DNA from: Caecitellus pseudoparvulus | Taxonomy: Eukaryota; Protista; Bigyra: Bicosoecida | Assembly (NCBI GenBank): GCA_965644315.1 | Contig: CBFFRQ010000068.1 | Coordinates: 930,001 to 994,000, forward strand | Reading direction: 5' to 3' | DNA length: 64,000 nt | Made by a program: the position numbers and the translations under genes | Notes under the pieces: model-generated | The model's input: only the letters and a program-made list of their open reading frames with translations | The model's database searches: none | Told to the model about the DNA's origin: nothing | Part shown: positions 35,801 to 45,617 of the stretch, one piece after another | How positions within the stretch are numbered: the stretch's first letter is position 1 | Layout of the letters: each line of letters begins with the position of its first letter

Positions 35801-37122
35801 AGCGTGAGGACCACGCGCTCATCCGCAAGCCCTTCCTGCACGACCTCCAGCACGCGCATAGTGACTGGCACAGCAGCAGTTGAGGTGTCCATCCCACTAG
35901 CTTGCTTGTGAGCCGTCATGACGCTGGAGAGGTGCTGCGCCGCGAGGGCCCGCAGGTGCCCCACATCCTCGTGGTGCATCTGGGGAACACTCATGACTCT
36001 CGAGGACTTGATGCCTGTCTTGACGTCCACACGCTCCACTTCAAAGAGGGTAGAGAGCTTGTGCGTTGCGAACAGCCGAATCACTGCTGGGCCTTGGTTG
36101 GTGACTCTTGAGGCCTCGTGAAGTTTCACACGCCGCGAGACGCCGACAACATCTCCCAGCACGTCGTGACAAGCTTGCACAGCCGCCTCCGACCTCCTAC
36201 AAACTAGATCTGTCTGAGTACCTGCTGTGGCTTTCTGCCCGAGTCTTGCACGGCGCAGTTCTTGTGCCCTAGCAACATGTGGGCTTTCGTAGATGTTGAA
36301 GTGCCTGCGGCTGCCAGCGTCGAGTGATCTCCGACGCGTGCTGTCGCTGGAGGCGGAGTTCCTCCGCCGCAGCTCGAAAGAAGACTCCGTCGAAGAGTCT
36401 GCCTTCGTTTGCAGGTCGTCCTTGCCTTCACCTGCTTTGGGTGGCTTGGATGCGGTGCCAGAAGTACTGGGCTTGGTTGCGGCGTCCCAGTCAGCGTCGC
36501 TTTCACTGGATGCAGAGAGCGACGATGATCCCGACAGTGCTGCGTCATCTAAGGCTTGGTTCCTTCTCTTGGCTGCTGCGAGGCGCCCAGACATGAACAC
36601 CCTGGGGCTTGCGATGGGGGTATGCTCTTCACTCAGGGCTGAGCCTCGCCGCTTGCCACCGCGACCAGCGTAGAGCAACTTTGGCTTGGGTGAAACGAAA
36701 GAATGCTCTGTCTGGGAGCTTCCATCAACTGATTTCACTCCTGTCTGTGTCGCTGCTGCCTCCTGTGCGGAGGGTTGCGGAGGGAGTGAGGCAAGCAGAG
36801 TCACACCAGCGTTTCGGCCGTTGCCTCAGTCTCTCACGGTCACCGCTGGGCACCAAATCATGCTGGCCCACCACGCTACAGGACCACCCGGACAGCAACC
36901 ATTCCTAACCAGCGATGAGCGAGCCAAACATGCCCTGCAGTCGTCTGTCGCTTGGCTAAAGTCTGCCTTTGCTGCGGCGCTGGCCTGCACGGCAGCCCGC
37001 CCCATGCTGGGGCTCAACGCAGACCCCCCCGGCGTTCCTATCGCAAGGTCATGCTTGCTAAGTGGCTTCAGGGTGGGCTGCACCCCCACCTTCCGACTCT
37101 GTCCGCCACTTCGACTGGCCAT
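32833..37122 (-). CDS. Hypothetical IQ-motif protein; intron 36763-36837
   Basis: Long ORF with the IQ motif AAAAIQRAFRTFLIRR. An upstream in-frame ORF (ATG 37122) is joined by a 75-nt GT-AG intron that carries the interrupting TGA. The 5' structure is uncertain. Confidence 0.65.
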
Positions 37123-37491
37123 GGACCCCTGGACAGCAGCGGGCTTGCAAAGGAGGATCTGACGCTGAAAAATCTGAAGCCAAGGGCTGCCGCCTCCAAA
37201 GGCAGCACGCTCCAGCAAATATACTCGTACTTGGCGCGGCGGAGGGTGTCTTGTTTGCTTGACTCGTGAAGCAAGCACTGCACGTGGCAGGGGTTCAGTT
37301 TTGCACAGGTACTTGGAATGCAGGCGATTCCCCACAAGCCCGGCAGACAGAAATGAAGCGCATCCCACACAAATGCAGAGGGTGGGGCAATTCGTTGTCA
37401 CACACACTACGTGATTGCACGCTTTCGTTAATGACACCCTGGCCTGCGTAGTGCTGGGCTCTGTTCACCCCTTTCGCTGCCAGAATCCTCG

Positions 37492-38395
37492 ATGGTACGC
37501 GTGCTGGCCAGCGTTACGCTTAACGCCGACTGGCATGCACCCTTGCGCCATGTTTTCACCTCACAGGCAGCATCAACGTCTACCAAGAGCGAGATCACGC
37601 TCAAAGGCTCTGTTGCGCTTGTGACAGAGTTCTTTGGCTACAGCATCAACAGGTGCGTCCGCCAGGAGCTCGCAGGTTGGCAGGTGTGCGAGTGATGAAA
37701 CGCCAAGCGGCCACCCCACGCTGCAGCATCTTGTACCAGCGTGGGATCTACCCGCCTGAGACATTCAATCCCGTGTCAAAGTATGGGTTGTCATTGCTAG
37801 TCACCGTGGATGAAGGCCTTAAGGCATACTTGGCTCAGGTCCTGTCCCAGCTGTCAGGTGAGCTGGTGCACAAGGCGTGCAGGTCACCTTCAGGCGTGTG
37901 CACGGAGCAGTCGCCCTGCGCAGAGTGGCTGACGCAAGGCAGCATTCAGAAACTTGTCGTAGTCATCAATGGCATCGAGAGTGGTGATACCCTGGAGCGC
38001 TGGGTGTTCAACATTGAAACTGACAAGGGTGTCAAGGCAGATGGGTGAGCCACACGCGCCCACTCTCAGATGCTCCCCCGCCGTGCACTGCTTCGTCTCC
38101 CGAACCTGGGCGCAGGCCGGGCAAGGAAAAGAGCCTGAAGGAAATCCAGGCAGAGATCCAGGCTGTCATTCGGCAAATCACTGCCACGGTGACGTTCCTG
38201 CCCCTGCTGGACGAGCCGTGCGCCTTCGACCTGCTGGTGTACACAGACAAGGAGGCAGAAGTGCCCAAGACGTGGGAGGAAAGCGATCCCCAGTACATTG
38301 TAAACAGCACCGAGGTTCGCCTGCGCAGCTTCACGACCAAGGTGCACAAAGTCGACGCCATGGTCACTTTCAAAGACACCAGCGACGAGGTGTGA
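37492..38395 (+). CDS. MAD2: Spindle checkpoint HORMA protein MAD2; introns 37495-37566, 37653-37726, 37858-37923, 38045-38115
   Basis: Spliced product: ITLKGSVALVTEFFGYSINSILYQRGIYPPETF...KYGL...KLVVVI...LERWVF...IQAEIQAVIRQITATVTFLPLL...WEESDP...VRLRSFTTKVHKV. Confidence 0.97.
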
Positions 38396-38427
38396 GCCGC
38401 GTCGCTGGCACAATGCAACAGCGTGGC

Positions 38428-39912
38428 TCACAGTTCATCGTGGGGTGAACTGAACTCCTCTGCAAGGTGTGGTGGCGGTGTTGTCTCCGGGTCGTGGGGG
38501 TCATACGCCTCGGCTGCCATGGCATCTAGTGTGTCCATGCTCACCTCATCGGCGCCCAGGTGGCCGTGCACGAGGGGGGAGTGGAAGTGCCCTGCGACCT
38601 CCTTCCACCGCCCTGTCTCCGCTGCGTTGAGCCAGCCCTGCAGGTCAGCTTCCGCTGGCATGGACACGGCCTCCAGGACGGCCACCTCGTCGCCGTGCTG
38701 GGCGGGCAGCCCTCCCGCCACGGCCAGCACCAGCTCCTCTCCGTCAGCGGGTGCATACACCCACAGGTCGTCCATGAAGCCTGTGCCGGCTTTGGCATAT
38801 CGGTGGTGCTCGTGTGCCTTCTCGTGCTTCACCCCGCCGAACCGCGTCGGGTGCCCCAGTCGCACCGTGTCCCCGGCACTTGCCCAGCGCCCCAGGCGAC
38901 CGTGCCCTCCTGGCGGGTGCCCACCCAGGCGGCCACGCCCGCTGATCACATGTACGATGCCAGTCTTCGGCGCTGGCACGTGCAGCTGCGCCACAGTGCC
39001 AGGGGTGAACGTTGCGAGGCCGAGGAGGGCAGCAGTGAAGGTTCGGGCGGGTCCGTGGCCGCCGTGCATGGGCCCCGAGAACAAAGTGAGGGACGCCGAA
39101 CCCGTGCGACAGGGCACCTGTACATGCCCGAGGGTGGCTGTCATGTAATGCTGGAAGTGGGGCGCCTCCTCCTTGTGCTGCAGCGGCGAGTCGTACAGCA
39201 CCAGCAAGCCTTTGCTGGCAACGCCTGTCGTGGAAGCTACTTGTACCTGGCTGCCCGAGCCAGCGGATAGCCAAAGCGCTTCCTTAGCGGAAGCATCCAT
39301 TTCCTGACCCAGACCATTTGTCACTTTGACCCCGCCCTCCAGGGGGATGAACACGAGCTCTGTGCCTCTGCATCGTGAGCAGGCAGGCGCTGGCTGTGAG
39401 GCAGGCCCAGACACTGCGCCACGGCGCAGCCGGCACACACCTGACAGGGAAGGTCTTGGAAACATTGGCGGGAAACGTGACAGTGCCCAGCTGCAGCACT
39501 GGGTCTGTCGTGGGATGCTGCACGTGGGGGTGAGTGGCAGGCGTGCGAGCACAAGTTCCGCACCAGGTTCGAAGCGCTACGCACGGGGTCATCTGGCAAG
39601 CCGAAGCAGCCTTCAAGCGTCCCAGCGAAGCGATTGCGCAAGCAACCGTTCGAACTGACCGCCGCTCGAACTTGGCCCGTCCTGCAACGCTCGTGGCAGA
39701 GACGGCGACTGTGCTTGCATCGCGCATAGGTGTGCACGCAACACTGGCACCACGCACTGGAATGAAGGCCGCTTCGTGACAGGGTTCAATCCCGCGTGCT
39801 CCAATGCATCGTCCAGTGTGTGGTGCACCGTGCCCACGGCACAACACTCCTGCAACAGCAAAGCCAGGGCAGCCCAGCACGCCAACCGCGCTGCTGTGCA
39901 GCGTGCAGCCAT
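38428..39912 (-). CDS. Pirin-like bicupin with N-terminal signal peptide and C-terminal HDEL; probable introns 39682-39757, 39518-39584, 39368-39440
   Basis: TDPVLQL, RGTELVFIPLEGG and WLSAGSG correspond to pirin DPFLL, HRGFETVTY.LEG and WMTAGRG. Hydrophobic leader LACWAALALLLQECCA; the protein ends FSSPHDEL. Exact 5' splice sites have alternatives. Confidence 0.68.
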
Positions 39913-40308
39913 CGTGGCACCAAAGTAGGGCAAGCGCCTTCCCGAAGCACTTGGAGGGCTGCTACGAGTTCGCAAACAAGCTCCCCTTGCAGTGGAATGC
40001 AAGGATGCCTTGTGTCTGCTTCAGTACCTGGTGGCTGGAGTTTGCTCGCACTCCCCTGCTGAGTATCCTATGAACCAGGCGCCGTGCGACGAGGCGAGTG
40101 GCGCGCTTCGCGGATCAAATTTGTGACACGCCACCAAGCATCGCCTGCACTTGTGGCGCATACCCGGCCATGCCCACGGGTCCCTACCTCCCCTCACCGC
40201 AAGGAGCTGGTGGCATTTGGACCAGCGCGTGAACGAAACGTCACTGAAACGCCAGCGGCTGTTTGCACTCCCTACCGTGCGTCGAAGGTAGGGAGACGAG
40301 GGGCTGCC

Positions 40309-43300
40309 ATGGCGTTAATCTGCATAATTGACACGTCTGCTGCAATGGGAACCAAGGCCAGTGACGGCCTGAGCTTGCTTGACCACGCAAAGATCTCCGT
40401 GAGCAGCACTTCCGCAGAAGAGCCTCCGCACTGCCAGCAACAACGAGCCGCGACGCGCCCGCAGGCGGAAGCGCTCATCAAAGACAGACTGAAAAGGGGT
40501 ATGGGCCTTCCAGGGCAGAATCTCGTCATCACCACGGCTCCCGAGCCGCACTCCATCATCGTGGACTGGAGCACGCCGCCGGCTCACATCCTTGCTCGCA
40601 TTCGCAACATCGCCATGGGGGACGTGGGGGACGTCCAGCAGGCCCTCCGCACGGCCCACGGTATGGCCAGTGTGCGGGCTGCCGCCGATGGCACGAACAC
40701 GTGGCTGCACGGCCTGCGTCCGTGGGCCACCTCCCCCCACTGCATCGTGCTGTTGACGTCAGCCTGGACACAGCACTACCCCACACCGCAGGCTCCGATG
40801 CAGCAACCACCGCTGCCTGGGCTGGACAGCCTCATGGAGGACTACGCCGTCGCGCTGGGAGGCGGGGCCCTGCCCGCCCTGCCCGTGCCAGAGGCTGGCC
40901 TGACGCTGCGGGTGCCTCAGTTGAGCCTCGCCATGCGGGGCGGGAGCCTGCCTTGCAGGGCACTGCAGCCAGCTCCCATGTTCCCCTTGCACGCCGTCTG
41001 CCGTCTGGCCACGGCACACCTGAGTGCATCCATCAGCCGCTGGGACACTCGCCTGTATGCGTTAGCGTTGTGTGGGCTGCGGGAGGGGGAGCCGGCGCCG
41101 CCCCTGGACCCAGCCCTGCGCACAGTGTGTGTACAGGGCGGTGGGCGGGCCGTGAGTGTGCCGACCCTGCGGGTAGCGTTGAGTCGTTGTGGTGAGCTCG
41201 TGGACAAGCTGCAGTCCCTGGGGCCCAAGGTGCACTTGCAGGTGGGCACCAAGTACGATGCGGATGGGTACCCACGACTGCCTCCCCCCCCCAACGCCCA
41301 CACCACTCCCCTCATGTGCTACGCTCGACAGATCCAGCCCCTGTCCCTGTCCCAGGGCAGTGCAGCTGAGCCGCGGGGCTTGTGGCCGCTAGCTGAGCAC
41401 TTCATGCCGACAAGGGCGCCCACCACCACCACTGGGCACCACTCTCGCGGCGCGGGGGGAGAGCCCCTCCCCGACTTTTCCCTGCCCCCCCGCCCCAGCA
41501 TGCCCACCATCACCGTGCGCCCTGCGCGGGGCACCGAGGCCCCCACCATCACTGCCCACGTCTTGCACGTGCTGGACTTCCCGGCTGACGTGTACACGGT
41601 GGCAAAGTGTGCTCTCTCGGACGCGCTCTTCGCTGACTTTGCTGCAGCCCAGAAGGCTCGAAACCGCCAGGCAAAGGCAGTTGCTGCGCGCAATGCGGCA
41701 GCTGCTGCGGCAGGTGACCCTGGCCAGGCGGAGGTCGCCCCCACTCAGCTCTCTGCCTCGGTGCGGTGGCCGCTGTCACTGTACGGCAGCCACAGCAGCC
41801 GGACGTGGCACTCGGCACGGCAGAAGGCACACGAAATCGCCGTGGCTGCACAGCAGGAGGCGGTGCGTGATGCTGGCGCGTGGCGTGAGGATGCTGGCGC
41901 GTGGGTGGTGAAGGAGGATGCGTGGGTGGCCTCTCAGCTGAACGCCCCCGCCCCCATCGCAGTGGAGGAGGCGACAGCCCGCCTGCGCAGCCGGGACCTG
42001 GCAGGGGCCCATGACGCCAGCCAAAAGCACCGCGCCTCTGACGCGCAAGGAGGCCTGTCCTCCCCCTGGGGCGACTACTGGGCCGAGCAGTCCACGCCGG
42101 AAGTGGCCGAAGTGGGGTTCATGGCTATGTCCAGCGACCCCATGGTGGGCAGGCTGCTCAGCAGGCAAGGGCTGGTGGGGGGGCACCACGCCGCCTCCTC
42201 TGTCACTGGCGTGCTGGTGCTCTTGCCGTATGACTACCGCACCCTGTTCAAGCTGCTGTTCGACCTCAGCATGGCCGCACGTGCCTTGCCCCCCACCGCT
42301 GTTCGGCGTTTCCGCTCCGAACACAGCTACGTGTCCATGACCCCTGGCGGCACCTTCCTGCGCCACGCAGTGGAGAAAGGCGGCGAGTGGCTGACTTCCT
42401 TCACCAAGTACATGAAGCAAGTGCCAGGGTACTACCTCACCAGCATGTACACTGCACTGGAGCGGTATGGTCTTGCACAGCTCATGGTCAGCATTGTGCT
42501 GGCGGTGCCGGAGCCAACTGTGCGAGGGCGCGGCGCAGCACACCATGCACGCAACCTCAGCACTGCTCACAGCTGCTGGCCGGCTGCGCCAGTGCAGGGG
42601 TGGGTGGAGGCCGCCACACGGGGCGATGCGGAGGCTGCCGCGCAGCTGATGGGGACCAACCTCGTCCACCCGGCAGTGGTGGAGCAGTCCACGGCGCTGA
42701 CGGCGCCTAGGGATGACGATGATGACACTCGCAGCGTCAGTTCCGTGGACAGCACGTCGTCCTTCGTGTCCACCCTCAGTGGGTACGCGTGGGACCCAGC
42801 TCACGACGAGGCTGGCGAGCCCGCAGCGGCCAGCACCGGCATCCGCCCAGCGGCAGGAGTGGCGGAGCTGAGCGCCACCCACGCCGAGCCTGTCGCCCGC
42901 ATGTCAAACTACACGCAGGCTGTGCAACGCACCATCGCAGGGGGGCTGCGCAACCCCCTGCAAGACGACCCCGACGGTGACCGCCTTCGTCGAGTGCGTG
43001 CTTTCTTCGGCAACCCGTTCGCATACCGCAACGGAAGGCGGCCGGCGGGGGCGGGTCGCACTTCATTTGATGCCAGTGCGCCCTCAGTCATGGTGGACGA
43101 TGTAGACGGCCTCGTCATGGGCACTGGGCTGGATGAGGCTCCATCTGAGGGGATGGCGCAGCCCACGTCCCCGGACGCCACGCCCCAGCACCCGCCCCAT
43201 GCCCCTCCCAGCCTTTGCGACCTCCTGGCACCTGCCTCTACAAAGCGGCTGTGTGCTGCGGTGGCTGCTCTGCGCTCAGCGCGCAGTGAGCACCCGGTGG

Positions 43301-43401
43301 TGTTGGCGGGACGGAAGGTCAGGGTGCCTGGAGGCCAGTCTTTCGGACAGACCCTGCGCAGCTTGATGAGGGCTCGCCTCACTGCCGTGCAGGGGAGATG
43401 A
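40309..43401 (+). CDS. INTS6: Integrator complex subunit 6-like (VWA domain); in-frame introns 40399-40464 and probably 42520-42597
   Basis: N-terminal ICIIDTSAAM...LSLLDHAK, RWDTRLYALAL, GLWPLAE, LVLLPYDY..LF.LL and C-terminal PVARMSNY...LRNP...FGNPF, all characteristic of INTS6/DDX26. Confidence 0.85.
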   Translation: MALICIIDTSAAMGTKASDGLSLLDHAKISVSSTSAEEPPHCQQQRAATRPQAEALIKDRLKRGMGLPGQNLVITTAPEPHSIIVDWSTPPAHILARIRNIAMGDVGDVQQALRTAHGMASVRAAADGTNTWLHGLRPWATSPHCIVLLTSAWTQHYPTPQAPMQQPPLPGLDSLMEDYAVALGGGALPALPVPEAGLTLRVPQLSLAMRGGSLPCRALQPAPMFPLHAVCRLATAHLSASISRWDTRLYALALCGLREGEPAPPLDPALRTVCVQGGGRAVSVPTLRVALSRCGELVDKLQSLGPKVHLQVGTKYDADGYPRLPPPPNAHTTPLMCYARQIQPLSLSQGSAAEPRGLWPLAEHFMPTRAPTTTTGHHSRGAGGEPLPDFSLPPRPSMPTITVRPARGTEAPTITAHVLHVLDFPADVYTVAKCALSDALFADFAAAQKARNRQAKAVAARNAAAAAAGDPGQAEVAPTQLSASVRWPLSLYGSHSSRTWHSARQKAHEIAVAAQQEAVRDAGAWREDAGAWVVKEDAWVASQLNAPAPIAVEEATARLRSRDLAGAHDASQKHRASDAQGGLSSPWGDYWAEQSTPEVAEVGFMAMSSDPMVGRLLSRQGLVGGHHAASSVTGVLVLLPYDYRTLFKLLFDLSMAARALPPTAVRRFRSEHSYVSMTPGGTFLRHAVEKGGEWLTSFTKYMKQVPGYYLTSMYTALERYGLAQLMVSIVLAVPEPTVRGRGAAHHARNLSTAHSCWPAAPVQGWVEAATRGDAEAAAQLMGTNLVHPAVVEQSTALTAPRDDDDDTRSVSSVDSTSSFVSTLSGYAWDPAHDEAGEPAAASTGIRPAAGVAELSATHAEPVARMSNYTQAVQRTIAGGLRNPLQDDPDGDRLRRVRAFFGNPFAYRNGRRPAGAGRTSFDASAPSVMVDDVDGLVMGTGLDEAPSEGMAQPTSPDATPQHPPHAPPSLCDLLAPASTKRLCAAVAALRSARSEHPVVLAGRKVRVPGGQSFGQTLRSLMRARLTAVQGR

Positions 43402-43514
43402 CCGGGTTGCCACAAAATTTCACCTCTTGCACACTAGCTCCTTTCCTGCCACTGTCCGCGTTTGCTCCTCTCAGCCTTGCGGCTTTGCAGGCTGCTTTGC
43501 GGAAATTGCTTGCA

Positions 43515-44251
43515 ATGGCAGCCGCCGTCTCTCACGGCGCCACCCTCACCCAAGGAGCACGCAGGCAAGCACTGGCCGCTTTGTTTTCTGTCCGGTCATC
43601 ACTTCCAGTTTTGCGACATGGATCCCACATTTCCGCAGCGCCACGGCCGCTCCCAGCTGCATGCCCTGCCTCCACCTTCAGCACAAGCAGCAGCCACGAT
43701 CCCCAGCCAGCTGCCCTGTTCCCTGGGTCAGGCCTTGCGACATACGAGGGAAGCTCCACCCACGAGTCGGGTTGGACATCCCTGCGCACGGGATTGCAGT
43801 TCAAAGACCTGCAGGAAGGCTGGGGTGCGCAGCCGTCTCATGGCCAGCAGGTGGTCGTGCACTACACTGCCTTGAACTCTGCGAATGACCGGCTGTACGA
43901 GTGCACGTATCAGTCTGGCAAGCCAGCAAAGTTTGCCTTGAATGAGGGGTGAGTTCACTTGCCTCGAGGCCGGCGGGGGTATTTCGCACTTTCGACGCAC
44001 GTCAGCTCGGTGAATGCTGAGCACCCAACGACGACTCGGCCAAACGCAGGGGTGTCATGCCCGGACTCAATGACGCAGTTGCCAGTATGAAGGAGGGTGG
44101 GCGTCGTCTCATCGTCATGCCGCCCACGTTGGGCTACGGACGGTTCTCTGAGCCGCCCAACATGTCACTGCTGGTGGAGGCTGAGCTGGTCAAAGTCGGA
44201 GAGGGAGCTGGCCTATTCGCCCGATTAAAGTCATGGCTTCGTGGGTCTTGA
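43515..44251 (+). CDS. FKBP-type peptidyl-prolyl isomerase with presequence-like N-terminus; intron 43949-44049
   Basis: GLQFKDLQEGWG...VVVHYT...PAKFAL/GVMPGLNDAVASMKEGGRRLIVMPPTLGYG...LLVEAELVKV. Confidence 0.88.
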
Positions 44252-44462
44252 GGTGCCTCTTGCCGCACTAGTGGCTGGGCTCACTGTGCGTGCACGGGCC
44301 TGCGTGACTTGGCGTGAATTGCCTCGCACGCCTGGACCCCACGAGCAGCAGACAGGCGCAGCATCTCCACAAAAAGCGCACCTCCAATACAAGACCAGGA
44401 GACATCTCACGTCTTTCATGTGAGACCCCTGCCCTCACCCTCCCTCACCTCCGCGCTGCCAC

Positions 44463-44499
44463 TTGGCGACGTTGCGTTTCGCCGCGAAACTCTCGCCAA
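44463..44499. promoter_or_regulatory. Nested inverted repeat with E2F-like core (TTTCGCCGCGAAA) upstream of UBE2J
   Basis: ttggcga (44463-44469) pairs with tcgccaa (44493-44499) and gtttcgc (44476-44482) pairs with gcgaaac (44484-44490); it ends 32 nt before ATG 44532. Confidence 0.3.
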
Positions 44500-44531
44500 C
44501 GCCAGCCAACCCACTCACACTCCTGCAAGCC

Positions 44532-45597
44532 ATGCTTGGAACGCGGCGCTTGCAAAAGGAGGCCAAGGCTTTAAAGAAGGCGTGGGGCAAGGACCTGATC
44601 AGGGTGTGTGGCGGCCCCTTCCCCATGTCTAGTCCGCGTTGCCACGTGCACTGGCACCCTCACTTCGCGCAGGCTGCTCCGAACCCAAAGGACTTGTTCG
44701 AATTCCACTTTGTCGTAGATGGGCCACCCGACACGCCCTATGAGGGCGGACATTATCATGGCATGTTGCGTTTCCCGGCAGAGTACCCCATGAAGGTGCG
44801 TGAACACTTGGCAGAAGCCTGCAGAAGCCCTCTGCAGTGCGTCGTTCGAGTGCCAGCTGCACTGAGCCCCCGTTTCCGGTACAGCCTCCAGCAGTGTTCA
44901 TGTTCACGCCGTCTGGACGCTTCGAAACAAACCAGCGCCTGTGCCTCAGCATTAGTGACTACCACCCTGGTGCGTCGTGCCTGGCGGTAACGGATGCCAG
45001 CCAGTCCTCGCACGTCTCCATCTCGCCTTCCCCACTCCTGTCTCAGAGTCGTGGAACCCAGTGTGGTCAGTCAGCACCATCATTCAGGGCTTGCTGTCTT
45101 TCATGTCCTCCGAGGACACAACTGCTGGCTCTGTGGCCACTGACGATGACACACGTCGGCACTACGCCTCCCGCAGCCTGGCGCACAACATGAAGCACAA
45201 GCTCTTCCCAGAGCTCTTCCCAGACCTGGCACGGCTGCACAGGGAACGCAAAGCAAGTACCGCTGGGGCCGCCGCTGCTGGCAGTGGTGGAGGCGGCGAG
45301 CCGGTGGAGCCCAGCTCCGCGCCGGCAGCCGTCGGGCACGCTGTGCAAGCTGGCCCCCAAACTCAGGCAGCCCAGCGAACTGAGCCTAGCTCCAACGCAG
45401 TGAAGCCGTCTCCGTCGAGTGCATCCAGGCAGGACACATGCTGTGGACTGCCCATCAGTGGGTCTACTGGCTTCTTGCTCTTCGCGTTCCTCTTCGTGCT
45501 TTTTGCCTTTTTCCTCGGCGAAGAGGAGGAAGAGGGGGAACCAAGCAGTGTCGGCGGGCCCAACCCGCCGTATGGACAGCAGGAAGTTGACCTATGA
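44532..45597 (+). CDS. UBE2J: ER-anchored ubiquitin-conjugating enzyme, UBE2J/Ubc6 type; introns 44604-44672, 44796-44884, 44970-45046
   Basis: RRLQKE, GPPDTPYEGGHYHG.L.FP.EYPMKPP, TPSGRF...RLCLSISDYHPESWNPVWSVSTII.GLLSFM and a C-terminal TM anchor. Confidence 0.93.
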
Positions 45598-45609
45598 GGG
45601 GGCGGGCGC

Positions 45610-45617
45610 AATGCATT
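45610..45617. promoter_or_regulatory. Palindromic AATGCATT: candidate bidirectional 3'-end (polyadenylation) signal shared by UBE2J and ERGIC3
   Basis: Reads AATGCA on both strands between two convergent stops 19 nt apart. The same hexamer recurs downstream of several other stop codons. Confidence 0.5.

Noticed and set aside
36826-36828. Single in-frame TGA between two long minus-strand ORFs, suggesting readthrough, selenocysteine or an altered genetic code
   Set aside because: It lies inside a canonical 75-nt GT-AG intron (36763-36837). TGA, TAA and TAG all act as normal stops for conserved genes in this window.
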